A DNA stretch of 64,000 nt from Candidatus Latescibacterota bacterium (GTDB taxonomy: Bacteria > Latescibacterota > UBA2968 > GCA-2709665): positions 5,344,001 to 5,408,000 of the forward strand of contig OZ244744.1 in NCBI GenBank assembly GCA_965219455.1, given 5' to 3'. A program made the translations under genes and the position numbers. Under the pieces are notes generated by a model that was not told the origin of the DNA, did no database searches, and saw only the letters and a program-made list of their open reading frames with translations. Positions 10,439 to 21,064 of the stretch are shown piece by piece; the first letter of the stretch is position 1; each line of letters begins with the position of its first letter.

Positions 10439-11194
10439 ATGCCAAGAGGCCGTTGCCATTTTGCGTTGCTGTCAGCGCTGCACGAACGATTTTACGCGGA
10501 AAGTCCCGAGGCGGCCACGCTAGCGGATGAACATACGCCGGAGTTGCTGGCCGGGGTGTGCGCGCCCGATGGACTGCGGTTTGTGGGCAAGAGAGGCAAA
10601 TTCGCCACCCACTTTTATACGGACGATCGCCGGGAGACGTGGGGGCGGTCGGTTGCGGGACTGTTCGGCACGCATCCCGACCTGGCCGATCCACGGCACC
10701 TATCCAGTGCGGATGTGGCGGTGCTGCTCGGGTACATTTCCCATTTGACCACAGACGAAGCATTTCGAGATGAAGTGACCGTACACGTTTACGGGGTCAA
10801 AAACTGGCGACCGGTCGTTATGGGTCTTTGGTCAATGGTCGACGAGTGTTCGATCGACAATACCTCCTACCTGACCGAGGTTCACCGTTTCGGACGCGAG
10901 GACTGCGTTGGCTTTATCGATTGCAAGGTTGTGGGCCAATACCTGGACCTGGTCAAGCCCTGGGCACTCGAGGACGATCCCTGGGAATTGGAACGCATAT
11001 TTCTTCGATTGAGACGTTGCGATATGCCGGAAGACGAAGCGCGGCGGACCTGGGAAAAGAACGTAGAGATCGCGGCGCCATTCCTCGATGACAATCGGCG
11101 GATGCGGTTTTACAAGGCAGCCGTGGACGCGGGGATGGCGGAGGCCGTTCGATATCTGAACGGGAATTACACATTACAGGAAAGGGGTAACTGA
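10439..11194 (+). CDS. Zinc-dependent phospholipase C-like protein
   Basis: N-terminal His, GxxAPD, THF, GYISHLTTD pattern of the Zn-PLC/P1-nuclease fold; no signal peptide. Confidence 0.6.
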   Translation: MPRGRCHFALLSALHERFYAESPEAATLADEHTPELLAGVCAPDGLRFVGKRGKFATHFYTDDRRETWGRSVAGLFGTHPDLADPRHLSSADVAVLLGYISHLTTDEAFRDEVTVHVYGVKNWRPVVMGLWSMVDECSIDNTSYLTEVHRFGREDCVGFIDCKVVGQYLDLVKPWALEDDPWELERIFLRLRRCDMPEDEARRTWEKNVEIAAPFLDDNRRMRFYKAAVDAGMAEAVRYLNGNYTLQERGN

Positions 11195-12201
11195 TGTCAA
11201 CGTACCGCGTCGGTGTGATCGGATGTGGAGGAATTGGCGTTGCGCATGCATCGGGCCTGGTCGGACTACGGAATGCGACCCTGACGGCCGCGTGCGACCT
11301 GGCGGAGTCGGAGCTTGCGAGTTTCAGAGAACACTGGCAGCCCGAATGGCCCGGGCTCAATCTCTATACGGATCACCGGGAAATGCTGGCGAGGGAGGGT
11401 CTCGATATTGTCACCGTGGCGACATCCGACCACCGGCACGCGGACCTGGTCGTGAATGCGGCCAATGCGGGCGTAAAGGGGATTTTCTGCGAAAAACCCC
11501 TGGCAACCAATCTGGCGGACGCCGACCGGATGGTGGATGCTGCCCAACGCAACGGCGTCATTCTTTCCGTCGATCACACGAGACGCTTCCAGCCGCTGTG
11601 GCGCCATATCAAGGAGCAGATTGTGGATGGCGGAGAGATCGGGGCGGTGCAGTACGTCGTGGGGACGCTGAATGGCCCGCGTGCCATGTTGTTCAGGAAC
11701 GGCACGCACCTCGTGGATTCGATCTGTTATTTTGCAAATTCGGATCCGGAATGGGTGTTCGCGGAATTGGAGGCCGGGTATGGGGATTATTCGGAGTACA
11801 GGGGCGATGGCGGTCACGACCCGGCAACCGAGCCGTCGACCAGCGGCTATATCCATTTCGCCAACGGCGTGCGCGGATTCTTCGTGGGAGGCTCGAAATT
11901 CTCCGCAGATCCGAAGTTCAGGTGTGAAATTGTGGGTACAACCGGATACATAGAAGTCAGCAGAGACGATGCGGTGCTCATTCGCGGCGGTGAAAGAGAG
12001 ATGATCCAGGCACCCGAGTGGCCAGTACGCGGCATTCCTGCCGGGGTACGGGAATTGGTGTCACTGATCGATGAAGGCGGCGTACCGGTCTCGCCGGCAA
12101 AAGATGCGCACCGGGTTGTCGAGATTATGGTCGGATTTCTGGAGTCTCAGCGGCTGGGAAACGCGCGGGTGGATTTACCGATTCCTCGCGATGGAAGGTG
12201 A
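11194..12201 (+). CDS. Gfo/Idh/MocA family oxidoreductase
   Basis: GVIGCGGIG, CEKPLA, NGTHLVD; TGATG overlap with the upstream gene. Confidence 0.93.
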   Translation: MSTYRVGVIGCGGIGVAHASGLVGLRNATLTAACDLAESELASFREHWQPEWPGLNLYTDHREMLAREGLDIVTVATSDHRHADLVVNAANAGVKGIFCEKPLATNLADADRMVDAAQRNGVILSVDHTRRFQPLWRHIKEQIVDGGEIGAVQYVVGTLNGPRAMLFRNGTHLVDSICYFANSDPEWVFAELEAGYGDYSEYRGDGGHDPATEPSTSGYIHFANGVRGFFVGGSKFSADPKFRCEIVGTTGYIEVSRDDAVLIRGGEREMIQAPEWPVRGIPAGVRELVSLIDEGGVPVSPAKDAHRVVEIMVGFLESQRLGNARVDLPIPRDGR

Positions 12202-12330
12202 ACGTAACCAACAGAACGTGCAGTAAACCGTGGATAGCGCTTGCCCGGTTTCACAAAAGGACCTATTTTATGCAGTCTTGATCGAAATCGAACTCACAGA
12301 ACCCGATACGTTTGTCAGCGAGGACAATCA

Positions 12331-12376
12331 AGTGTCCTGTCTCAGGAATAGAGTAAGCCGTCTCTCTGAGATGGTC
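12331..12376. repeat. Degenerate copy of the inner MITE terminal repeat
   Basis: AGTGTCCTGTCTCAGGAATA resembles AGTGTCCCGTCCCAGAAATA within the 56247-56429 element; followed by a partial complement CTGAGAT. Confidence 0.4.
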
Positions 12377-12466
12377 CGGTTCATCCGGACAGAATCGAAG
12401 CGCCGCTGAGTTCGATTTCGGGTTGTCGTCCGGAACAAAGCATCTTTTCGAGAGGAGCACCCGGTT

Positions 12467-12856
12467 ATGTTGAACTTTGAGCACACGGCATTTCTCGTTG
12501 ATGATACGAGGGCCGTCGCCGATTGGTGGTGTAAACATCTGGGTATGGAAGTGGTCCGGTACGGCGGGCCGCCTTCGCACATGACCTTTCTGAGGGATGC
12601 CTCGGGAAAAACCATGTTTGAGATTTATGAGAAAGATACGCTGAATACACCCGACTACGCATCGATGCATGTCTCAATTCTCCACTTCGCATTTTACACC
12701 GACGACATCGAAGGGGAACGGGATCGGCTGCTTGCCTCGGGCGCCACACTCGTGGACGACGTGAATGTGACGGACGCGGGGGACCATCTGGCCATGCTGC
12801 GGGACCCATGGGGGGTGGCCATTCAGGTCCTTAAGCGTATGGATCCGATGGACTGA
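12467..12856 (+). CDS. VOC/glyoxalase family protein
   Basis: EHTAF, FEIY, LHFAF, LRDPWG..IQ; GAGGAG RBS. Confidence 0.88.
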   Translation: MLNFEHTAFLVDDTRAVADWWCKHLGMEVVRYGGPPSHMTFLRDASGKTMFEIYEKDTLNTPDYASMHVSILHFAFYTDDIEGERDRLLASGATLVDDVNVTDAGDHLAMLRDPWGVAIQVLKRMDPMD

Positions 12857-12910
12857 AGTTCAACCGGTTGTGAGTGACGGGTGTCGTCGCGCTCGCAATG
12901 GTTCGGAGGG

Positions 12911-13969
12911 ATGATGCCAGTCATCGAGGTTGGAACGTTGGAGCAGGTTTGTGCGGGGGTAATGCAAGGGGCAGGATTATCCGAAACAGAGGCCCGAAGG
13001 ATCGCCCATTCGCTTGTTCTGGCGAATTTGATGGGCCACGATTCACACGGTGTGATCAGGCTTCCGCAGTACGTGCAGGCCCTGGAGGACGGTATTGTAA
13101 AGGCCGGGCGGATCATTCGCGTCACTCAAGAGGCGGATGCATCGGCGGTGGTCGACGGGCAGTGGGGCTTCGGGCAGACGGTTTGCGCTCAGGCCATGGA
13201 ACTGGCGATGCGAAAGGCACGCGAGAGATCCGTCGCGGCAGTGGAGTTGTTCAATAGCAGCCATATCGGACGTCTCGGCGAATACGTGGAACAGGCCGCC
13301 GTGAGCGGCATGATCGGTGTCGTCATGTGCAACAACCACGGCGGCGGCCGGCTGCTTTCCCCGTTCGGCGGGATCGACGCCCGGATGTCTCCCAATCCTG
13401 TAGCCATTGGCGTGCCGACGGGCGGTGCGTTTCCGATTGTCGTGGATATGACAACCAGCGTGGTTGCGGAAGGCAAGATCCGTGTGAAACGTAACCGCGG
13501 CGAACCCCTGCCGCAGGGTTGGGCGATTGACTCGGAAGGCAGACCGGCGGAACAGCCCGAAGATTTCTACGGTCCGCCGCGAGGGGCAATTCTGCCATTC
13601 GGTGGGAATTCAGCGCATAAGGGATACGCGCTGGCGGTCGTCATCGACATTCTCTCCGGCGCTCTGGGCGGCGGCGGATGCAGCCGCGACGGCGCGCCTT
13701 CCGGCGGAAACGGGGTTTTTTTGATGGCGATCCGGATAGAGTCGTTTACATCGCCGGACCGGTTCCGCGACGAAGTGGATGGCTTTGTCGAATATCTGAA
13801 GAGTTCAAGGCTGTTGCCCGGGTTCGACCGGATCCTGCTGCCCGGTGAAATCGAACACCGCCTGCGCCGAAAAGGCGAAACCGAGGGCGTATTTGTGGAT
13901 GACGAAACCTGGCGGCAGATCGGCGAGACGGGTGACAGAGTAGGCGCGGTGGTTTCGATACCCTCCTGA
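12911..13969 (+). CDS. Ldh_2 family oxidoreductase (malate/L-lactate/ureidoglycolate dehydrogenase type)
   Basis: GHDSHG, HIGRLGEY, NPVAIG, DMTTS, HKGYAL, LPGE. Confidence 0.92.
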   Translation: MMPVIEVGTLEQVCAGVMQGAGLSETEARRIAHSLVLANLMGHDSHGVIRLPQYVQALEDGIVKAGRIIRVTQEADASAVVDGQWGFGQTVCAQAMELAMRKARERSVAAVELFNSSHIGRLGEYVEQAAVSGMIGVVMCNNHGGGRLLSPFGGIDARMSPNPVAIGVPTGGAFPIVVDMTTSVVAEGKIRVKRNRGEPLPQGWAIDSEGRPAEQPEDFYGPPRGAILPFGGNSAHKGYALAVVIDILSGALGGGGCSRDGAPSGGNGVFLMAIRIESFTSPDRFRDEVDGFVEYLKSSRLLPGFDRILLPGEIEHRLRRKGETEGVFVDDETWRQIGETGDRVGAVVSIPS

Positions 13970-14177
13970 CCGAAGGTAGAAGCCACGGCGCCCCCATCAT
14001 ACGAAATCGAAACGTGTTGCCTCGACGATCGGGGCGTACCGCGAGTCTTCCGGTGAACGAGTGGCTGCCGGATGGGAGACCACTTTCCGACAACGACGAA
14101 TGCCTGGGGCGCAATGGCAGCGTCCGTCGGAAAACGATCAGCCAGTGATTCGAATCTGCAAACGGGAGGTCACACCG

Positions 14178-14975
14178 ATGGCGACCATAAAGATCACGCT
14201 GCTGGGACACGCGTCTTTCCGCCTGGAACCCGATACGGGCGAGGTGGTCTATTTTGACCCGTGGTTGAACAACAACCCCACCACCCAATTGCGTGTGTCA
14301 GACATAGAGCACGCCGACGTGGTGATTGCGACGCATGGGCACGACGATCATATCGGTGATTCGTTTGCGATCTGCAAACGGACGGGAGCCACATTCGCTG
14401 GCAACTACGAACTCTGCCTGACCGCCGGGAAGAACGGTCTTGTGCTGGGCGAACAGGCACGACCGATGAATCCCGGCGGCACCATCGAGGTGAACGGCGT
14501 GCGCGTTACCGCGACCCAGGCATTCCATTCGCTGTCCATGTCGCCAAACCAGGCGTTGGGCGATGCGCCGGAGGATGAGTACTTTCGGCCTGACGGCGGT
14601 GTGTGCGGGATCGTGATGCAGTTTTCGAATGGGATTTCGGTTTACGATACGGCGGATACGGCACTGTTCAGCGACATGCAACTAATCAGCCAGATGTACG
14701 GCCCACAGGTGGCCATTCTTCCGGTAGGAGGCCTGTACACGATGGGTATCCGGGAGGCCGCCCGGGCTGCGAGTCTTATTCGTCCGGACATTGTAATACC
14801 GTGTCACTACGGCGAGGCGGTGGGTCAGCCTGCCGATATCGATGCTTTCTCGGAAATGGTCGGTTTCTTATCGCCCAATACGAAGGTCGTGAAGCTCGAA
14901 CCCGGGCAGGCAGTGACGTATGCGTCCGCCAGTTATCAAGTTACATCGTGTTCTGCCCCGGGAAGTCAGCCGTAG
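14178..14975 (+). CDS. Metallo-beta-lactamase-fold metal-dependent hydrolase (UPF0173-like)
   Basis: LGHASF, FDPW, THGHDDHIGD, LPVGG.YTM, IPCHY; GGAGG RBS. Confidence 0.9.
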   Translation: MATIKITLLGHASFRLEPDTGEVVYFDPWLNNNPTTQLRVSDIEHADVVIATHGHDDHIGDSFAICKRTGATFAGNYELCLTAGKNGLVLGEQARPMNPGGTIEVNGVRVTATQAFHSLSMSPNQALGDAPEDEYFRPDGGVCGIVMQFSNGISVYDTADTALFSDMQLISQMYGPQVAILPVGGLYTMGIREAARAASLIRPDIVIPCHYGEAVGQPADIDAFSEMVGFLSPNTKVVKLEPGQAVTYASASYQVTSCSAPGSQP

Positions 14976-15123
14976 AATCGCGAAACGGCGAGCGAAGGAT
15001 CGGGACATCAACGGACGTGTAATCATGTTTCACCCGTCACAAGGACCGCATCCGGAAGTCCGGCTACCACAGATGTGAGGTTATCGGAAGCTACGTTAAA
15101 GCCAGAGAAACAGGGAGGTTCGT

Positions 15124-15939
15124 TTGGCGCAGGATCTTACCAACGCCATTGTGTCTCGGAAAATTGCAGTTACTCCCGAGTTGATCATTCTGCAGGTGAA
15201 GGCGGACGGCTGGGATCTGCCGGTGTTCGAGCCGGGGCAATTTGCCGTTCTGGGTCTTCCCGGCGTGGCCCCCAGAAGCGAATGTTCCGATCCTGAAGAA
15301 GACACGCCGGATCCGAAACGGCTGATACGTCGGGCGTATTCGATTGCGTCGTCATCCATGGCGCGGGAACATATGGAATTCTACATAAATGTCGTACGAT
15401 CGGGCGCGCTCACACCCAGGTTGTTCGCACTGGAACGGGGTGACCGTGTCTGGCTGGGGCCCAAGGTTTCCGGTGCGTTTACGCTGGAACAGGCGCCCCA
15501 GACCGCAGATGTTGTGCTCGTGGCTACGGGAACGGGACTCGCGCCGTATATGAGCATGTTGCGCACCCACTTGCCGCACGACAACGGACGGCGCTTTGCG
15601 ATTCTACACGGTGTCCGGCATTCCTGGGATCTGGGTTACCGGTCGGAACTGACCATTATGCAGCAACTCTGCATCAATCTGACCTATTTGTCGTTGATCA
15701 GCCGCCCCGCCAACGAGCCCATACCCTGGAGCGGCATGACAGGATATGTTCAGGATCTCTGGGCAGGTGGTTATCTGGAGAAAGCCTGGGGGAAACAACC
15801 GAAGCCGGATGATACAGAGATTTTCCTGTGCGGAAACCCGCAAATGTGCGAGGATATGCTGGCCCTTCTCGAAGCCGAAGGATTCAGAGAGCGTACTCGA
15901 AAAACAAATGGTCAGGTGCATATCGAGCGTTACTGGTAA
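15124..15939 (+). CDS. Ferredoxin--NADP+ reductase (bacterial Fpr type)
   Basis: PGQF, RRAYSIAS, ATGTGLAPY, LCGNPQM, C-terminal ERYW; TTG start after GGAGG. Confidence 0.9.
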   Translation: MAQDLTNAIVSRKIAVTPELIILQVKADGWDLPVFEPGQFAVLGLPGVAPRSECSDPEEDTPDPKRLIRRAYSIASSSMAREHMEFYINVVRSGALTPRLFALERGDRVWLGPKVSGAFTLEQAPQTADVVLVATGTGLAPYMSMLRTHLPHDNGRRFAILHGVRHSWDLGYRSELTIMQQLCINLTYLSLISRPANEPIPWSGMTGYVQDLWAGGYLEKAWGKQPKPDDTEIFLCGNPQMCEDMLALLEAEGFRERTRKTNGQVHIERYW

Positions 15940-16028
15940 AGAACGGCAGTTCACAAACCAGGGGGTCGCCTGCATCACGGCTGCGGAGAAGAACGGCGAT
16001 TCACCCAGCGGTCCCCGTAGAGGGCGTG

Positions 16029-17657
16029 ATGGAAAGTGGGACTTCCCTGATTTACGATGGCATTATCGTCGGCGCCGGCCATAACAGTCTGGTTTTGCAG
16101 GCCTATCTCGGACGGGCCGGACTCAAGGTACTGTGCATCGAGCGGCGCAGCGTCGCAGGCGGTGCGCTGGTGACGATTGAAGACGCCAGGAATCCGGATT
16201 TTCTGCACAATACGCATTCGTTCTACCATCGCGCACTGAACAGGATGCCGTGGTATCACGATCTGGACCTCGAACGGCACGGCGCGGTATATCTGGAGCC
16301 GGTATTGAATGTCGCCCTCTTGTCAGAGGCCGGCGAAGCGCTCGAGTGGTGGACGGATTTCGAGAAGACGGTCGACTCCTTCGCGCGTTTCAGCAACACG
16401 GATGCGGCAACATTGGGGAGGTGGCGGGACGCGTTCCTGCCCATCGTTGAACGGATCCTTATTCCGGAAGCGCAGGCGCCGCCGCTGGAGCCAACCCGAC
16501 GCCGCGCCTTACTTGAAAGAAGCCCGGAGGGGCGATTGCTGCTGAAAATCAGCCGACTGTCGCCCCTCGAATTTGTCCGCAGGGAATTCAGACATCCGGT
16601 GATACAGGCCGGATTGCTTTTTTTTAACGGGTTGCGTGAGGTTGATCTCCGGTGCCCCGGGTTCGGTCACCATATCGCGGCCCTTCTGGCCAGTTCGGGC
16701 AAGGCGCAGATGTGCCGGGGAGGGTCGGTCGCACTTGCTCGGGCGCTCGTCGCCACGGTTGAGGAGAGCGGTGGTGAACTGCGCCTGCAAACGGAACCCA
16801 AACGGTTCATTCTGGAGGGAGACCGCGTTGTCGGGGTGGAGACGGCATCGGGTGAGCGTTTCATGTCCCGGCATTTTGTCGTATCGGGATTGAACCCGCA
16901 CCAGACGTTTCTGGATCTGCTGGATAAGGATGCGCTTCCACGGAATTGGCGGGACCGTGCGAGTGCGTTCAGGTACAATCTCGTCGCTCCGCTTTTTGCG
17001 TTGAATCTGAACCTGAGAGAACCGCCACGTTACACGGCCGCTGGAACACAACCGGGTCTTCAAGAAGCGTTTATGGTCATTCTGGGATTGGATCACGTGG
17101 ACCGGTACCTGGAGATGGTGACGTGCCATCAGGAGGGACGAAAACCGCCGAACATTATGTGGGGCAGTTGTCCCACCCTGTTCGATCCTTCTCAGGCGCC
17201 GCAGGGAAAGCATACCGCGTTCATGTGGGAGAAGACACCGTACCGGCTGAATGGAGATCCGACGCTTTGGGATTCGGAACGGGACCGCCTGGGTCAGGAG
17301 ATGCTGGACGTGTGGGCCCGATATGCGCCGAATCTGACGGAAAACCTGATTTCGTGGTTCACGCGAAGCCCGCTGGACGTGGAACGCACGTTTCCGAATA
17401 TGCGGGAGGGGGACCTTCTGGTCGGCGCGTTCACGAACGGTCAGATCGGTTACAACCGTCCGTTTCCGGGAGCCGGGCATTACAGGACGCACCTGCAAGG
17501 ACTGTATCTGTGCGGCTCCTGTTGCCACCCGGGCGGCAACATTACGGGACTACCGGGCTATAACTGCGCGCAGGTCATTCTGCGGGACCTCGGTATCGAC
17601 GCAAACTGGGCGCCTGAGCCGATTGAAACGCAATTGGAACGGCTATCAGCCCGTTGA
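16029..17657 (+). CDS. Phytoene-dehydrogenase-like FAD-dependent oxidoreductase
   Basis: IVGAGHNSL, DPSQAP.GKH, GLYLCGS..HPGG.ITGLPGYN.A; stop codon lies inside the MITE end. Confidence 0.88.
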   Translation: MESGTSLIYDGIIVGAGHNSLVLQAYLGRAGLKVLCIERRSVAGGALVTIEDARNPDFLHNTHSFYHRALNRMPWYHDLDLERHGAVYLEPVLNVALLSEAGEALEWWTDFEKTVDSFARFSNTDAATLGRWRDAFLPIVERILIPEAQAPPLEPTRRRALLERSPEGRLLLKISRLSPLEFVRREFRHPVIQAGLLFFNGLREVDLRCPGFGHHIAALLASSGKAQMCRGGSVALARALVATVEESGGELRLQTEPKRFILEGDRVVGVETASGERFMSRHFVVSGLNPHQTFLDLLDKDALPRNWRDRASAFRYNLVAPLFALNLNLREPPRYTAAGTQPGLQEAFMVILGLDHVDRYLEMVTCHQEGRKPPNIMWGSCPTLFDPSQAPQGKHTAFMWEKTPYRLNGDPTLWDSERDRLGQEMLDVWARYAPNLTENLISWFTRSPLDVERTFPNMREGDLLVGAFTNGQIGYNRPFPGAGHYRTHLQGLYLCGSCCHPGGNITGLPGYNCAQVILRDLGIDANWAPEPIETQLERLSAR

Positions 17658-17970
17658 AGAAGTCCATCCGGTCTGCGGCCGGCTCTTGTGACCGAATTAC
17701 TGCGTTGCGCTCCCTCCCCGAATCCACCGATTCGGCTCGGTCGTGCGCCTTGTCTTCGGTCACAATGGCAAGTGTTCTGTCCCGGAAATAGATTGCCGAG
17801 ATTCGGCCGCCGAGTCGCCCGGTTGGCAAGGCGCCTGAGCGAGGCGACCTGCGCAAGGTCGACAAGCGATGGAAACGCAGCGAGACGGGATGAATCGGCG
17901 GATGATTGGTGACATATTTCTGGGACGGGACACAACACCTCGCCTGCAGAGCAACTTTTTCAACGGACTG
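17647..17970. mobile_element. MITE copy A (324 bp) carrying a nested inner element
   Basis: Ends CAGCCCGTTGAAGAAG...CTTTTTCAACGGACTG; its reverse complement aligns closely with 56247-56429 apart from a ~140-bp insert. Confidence 0.85.
17772..17933. repeat. Inner inverted-repeat element nested in MITE copy A
   Basis: GTGTTCTGTCCCGGAAATA...TATTTCTGGGACGGGACAC, 16/19 match; all three differences are G-T wobbles on the + strand. Confidence 0.7.
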
Positions 17971-17972
17971 TT

Positions 17973-19091
17973 ATGATTCAGCCGACGATTTCCTATCTGA
18001 CGGATATATATTTCGGATTCGGCGCCGCCGGCAATTTGGCAGACCTGCTGTACAGCCTCGGAATTCGCCGGCCACTGCTGGTGACGGACCGGGGCCTGTC
18101 GGATCTGGGCATTGCGAATCTCGTCGGCCTCGACGACGCGCCCGTGTACTGCGGCGTCAGGACCAATCCCTCGGAACAGCAAGTCCTGGACGCGCTGGGC
18201 CTCTACCGGACAGAGAGGTGCGACGGAATGGTCGCGGTGGGAGGCGGTTCGTCCATAGACCTCGCGAAATGCGTTGGAATTCTGGTCCGGCACGAGGAGC
18301 CGCTCGAGTCGTATGCGTTGCGTCGGGGCGGCGCGACGCGGATCACGCGCCGGATTCCTCCCGTTGTGGCCGTGCCGACCACGGCTGGCAGCGGAAGTGA
18401 GGTGGGGAGAGCCGCACTGGTGACGTTGTGTTCCGGCGACAAGGTGGGTTTCCTGAGCCCCTTTCTGACACCCGCGGCCGCGGTTTGCGACCCGGATTTG
18501 ACGCTGACGATGTCGCCTTCTCTGAGTGCCGGTACGGGGATGGACGCTATTTCGCACTGCGTGGAGACCTTCTGCAGCACGCGCTGCAACCCTGTCGCGG
18601 ATGCGATCGCGCTCGACGGACTGGAACGCGGCTGTCGTCACATTTCCACCGTATTTCGGGATGGGACCGACAGGGGGGCGAGGAAGGGGATGATGATGTG
18701 CGCGCTGCAGGGCGGCCTGGCGTTTCAGAAAAGTCTGGGTGCCGTGCACAGTTTGAGCCATCCGTTGGGGGCATTGGACAGATCATTGCATCACGGCACG
18801 TTGAACGCCCTGTTTCTTCCTGCCGTATTAAGGTTCAACGCCGATTTTTGTGCGGATAAATTCAACGCAATCGCGCTGCGGCTGGGCCTGAAGAAAGGGT
18901 CCGATGTGCCTGACTTCTTTGATGCACTGAACAGGCATTTGGGGTTGCCGTCTTCTCTATCCGAATTGGGGGTGACTCCGGAAGAACTGGAACCGCTCGC
19001 GGCGAAGGCTGCGGCGGACCATTGCAGCCCGACAAACCCGAGGCCGTTGGATGAAGCCGCGTGCCGGAATCTGTATCTGTCCGTCCTATAA
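17973..19091 (+). CDS. Iron-containing alcohol dehydrogenase
   Basis: GGGSSIDLAK, PTTAGSGSE, GMDAISHCVE, GAVHSLSH, HHG. Confidence 0.93.
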   Translation: MIQPTISYLTDIYFGFGAAGNLADLLYSLGIRRPLLVTDRGLSDLGIANLVGLDDAPVYCGVRTNPSEQQVLDALGLYRTERCDGMVAVGGGSSIDLAKCVGILVRHEEPLESYALRRGGATRITRRIPPVVAVPTTAGSGSEVGRAALVTLCSGDKVGFLSPFLTPAAAVCDPDLTLTMSPSLSAGTGMDAISHCVETFCSTRCNPVADAIALDGLERGCRHISTVFRDGTDRGARKGMMMCALQGGLAFQKSLGAVHSLSHPLGALDRSLHHGTLNALFLPAVLRFNADFCADKFNAIALRLGLKKGSDVPDFFDALNRHLGLPSSLSELGVTPEELEPLAAKAAADHCSPTNPRPLDEAACRNLYLSVL

Positions 19092-19101
19092 AGGGGGCCT
19101 T

Positions 19102-19953
19102 ATGGCAAACTTCACGCAGGTAGATGAAGCCGATCTGAAGGAGGCGTTCAATCGTGACGGTTATGTGATAATGAAGACGTTTCTGGCGCCTGCCGTGATT
19201 GAAGGTGTTCGGGAGGAACTGAACGTCCTGGTTGACCGCGAAGCGGAGCGTTTAGGGGCCGCGGGCCGAATAACGGACGATTTCAATGATGCGCCGTTCG
19301 AAACGCGCATCGCACGGCTGTTCGAACACTGTATGGACATGGCGCCAACGTCATTTCGGCCCCAGTTGCACGGACCCGGGCTATTCGATCTTTTCTTTCA
19401 CTCGCGCCTTCTGGACATCGTACAATTGCTCCTCGGCCCAGAGATCAGGTTGTATCCGAATTACACGGCACGCCCGAAGTTCCCGGAGTGGAAGGGAACG
19501 CTGGTTCTGTGGCATCAGGACGGGGGATATACGGCACAGGCCGCCGAAGGTGTGGAAGAACTTAAGATGGTAAACGTTTGGGCGCCCCTTGTGCCCGCCA
19601 GAGAGAAGAACGGCTGTATGCAGTTCGTGCCGGGCACGCACAAACTGGGGGTCGTACCGCACGAAAAGCGCGAGTATTACCTGGAGATTGCAAAAGAGGC
19701 GTTGGATTTGCGCCTGGGACAGGCGGTTTCTATCGAAGTGGATCCTGGCGACGTGGTCCTGTTTCATAACCTGATGTTTCACTGTGGACTGCCCAACAGG
19801 ACCCGCACGGTGCGCTGGAGCATGGACTGGAGGTACCAGGACGCGACTCAACCGACGATGCGGCCGCACAAGGGGCATCTGGCCAGGAGCAGGGAGGCGC
19901 CGGAGAACGTCGTCAGAAGCCGGAAGGATTGGGCGGATCGTAAATTTCAATAG
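19102..19953 (+). CDS. Phytanoyl-CoA dioxygenase (PhyH) family Fe/2OG enzyme
   Basis: FNRDGY, WHQD, NGCMQFVPGTH, GDVVLFH..MFH, RWSMD.RY. Confidence 0.9.
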   Translation: MANFTQVDEADLKEAFNRDGYVIMKTFLAPAVIEGVREELNVLVDREAERLGAAGRITDDFNDAPFETRIARLFEHCMDMAPTSFRPQLHGPGLFDLFFHSRLLDIVQLLLGPEIRLYPNYTARPKFPEWKGTLVLWHQDGGYTAQAAEGVEELKMVNVWAPLVPAREKNGCMQFVPGTHKLGVVPHEKREYYLEIAKEALDLRLGQAVSIEVDPGDVVLFHNLMFHCGLPNRTRTVRWSMDWRYQDATQPTMRPHKGHLARSREAPENVVRSRKDWADRKFQ

Positions 19954-20084
19954 GCCGTCCCGGCGAACCCGCGAACGCATTTCACGGTCATCGGATTGAA
20001 CCGGCTATCAATGAGAAAATCGGCTGGCGGGCATAAATTCAAGTACTGGATACGGACGGGTCAGGGGTCGTGACATGCCGATAT

Positions 20085-20900
20085 CTAAAGGCCCCATAAG
20101 GCGTCATACAAAGACAGAGCGAAGCCGGCTCCGGTGATCAGGAGAAGGATCAGGGCGACCACAACGGTGAGGCGGCCTTCGCGCCAGCGCGCATTCGAGA
20201 CGAGCAGCCGCGAGGCGATCCATCCCCCTCCGAATCCGCCGAAGTGAGCCCAATTGTTGACGCCTTGTACGAGAAAGCCAAAAATAAAAAGCATGATGGC
20301 CCACTGCCAAACCTGACGGGTCATCAGTGTGGCAAGGTTGGTCTTCTGGCTTCGACCATAGACGATGAGGGCGGCCAGAAGTCCGAAAATCGAGCCGGAG
20401 GCGCCAAGGGTCGGGTAGCCGGATACGGCATTGGAGAGGAGAAAACCAACAACGCCGCCAGTGGTAAAGATGATAAAATATCGTGTCGGTCCGTACAGCT
20501 TGCCGACTTCGGGACCCAGTTGCCGGATCCACAGCACATTGAATAGTATATGGAACAACCCTCCGTGCAGGTAAATGGCCGTGAAAAGGGTCCACCACGG
20601 GGCGTTGCCGTATGTCAATCCCAGGGCGATCATCGGAAAACGACCGGGTGAGAGCATGTTGAAGAAGCCGCCCGTCAGTGTCAGAGCCGCATCCAGGTCC
20701 AGGAGCAGACTGAGTACATAAAGGGTGACACACGCCGTGGGTATTAACGTAAGAACGTCAATTTTCGATCCAAAAAGCCGATTCAGCGCGGGGCCGAGCC
20801 CCCAGAGACCCGGACGGTGGGCGCCACAGTACGGACATTTTTTTTCTTCCGTGCTAATGAGGTTGCGGCAGTCAGGACAGACCATCGAGGCATTAGGCAT
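20085..20900 (-). CDS. Rhomboid family intramembrane serine protease with N-terminal zinc ribbon
   Basis: CPDC..CPYC; HGG.FHILFN, GASG, AHFGG. Confidence 0.92.
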   Translation of the reverse strand: MPNASMVCPDCRNLISTEEKKCPYCGAHRPGLWGLGPALNRLFGSKIDVLTLIPTACVTLYVLSLLLDLDAALTLTGGFFNMLSPGRFPMIALGLTYGNAPWWTLFTAIYLHGGLFHILFNVLWIRQLGPEVGKLYGPTRYFIIFTTGGVVGFLLSNAVSGYPTLGASGSIFGLLAALIVYGRSQKTNLATLMTRQVWQWAIMLFIFGFLVQGVNNWAHFGGFGGGWIASRLLVSNARWREGRLTVVVALILLLITGAGFALSLYDALWGL

Positions 20901-21064
20901 AACGACCCTCGGCTTTTATTGTCATCCATAAGTTTCACTATCGGCACGCGGCCTGAAGATATTCAGACCCTTTGCCACGTTCAGGCGTTTCATGCCGATA
21001 CCGCCGACATCGGCCTTCGGGTGAGTCGGTTCCGGCAAAATGATCGGGCGCAGACGGTTATCGA

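Noticed and set aside
17558-17938. Similar short ORFs at 17.6-17.9 kb and 56.1-56.6 kb
   Set aside because: The similarity arises from the non-coding MITE; no transposase motifs.
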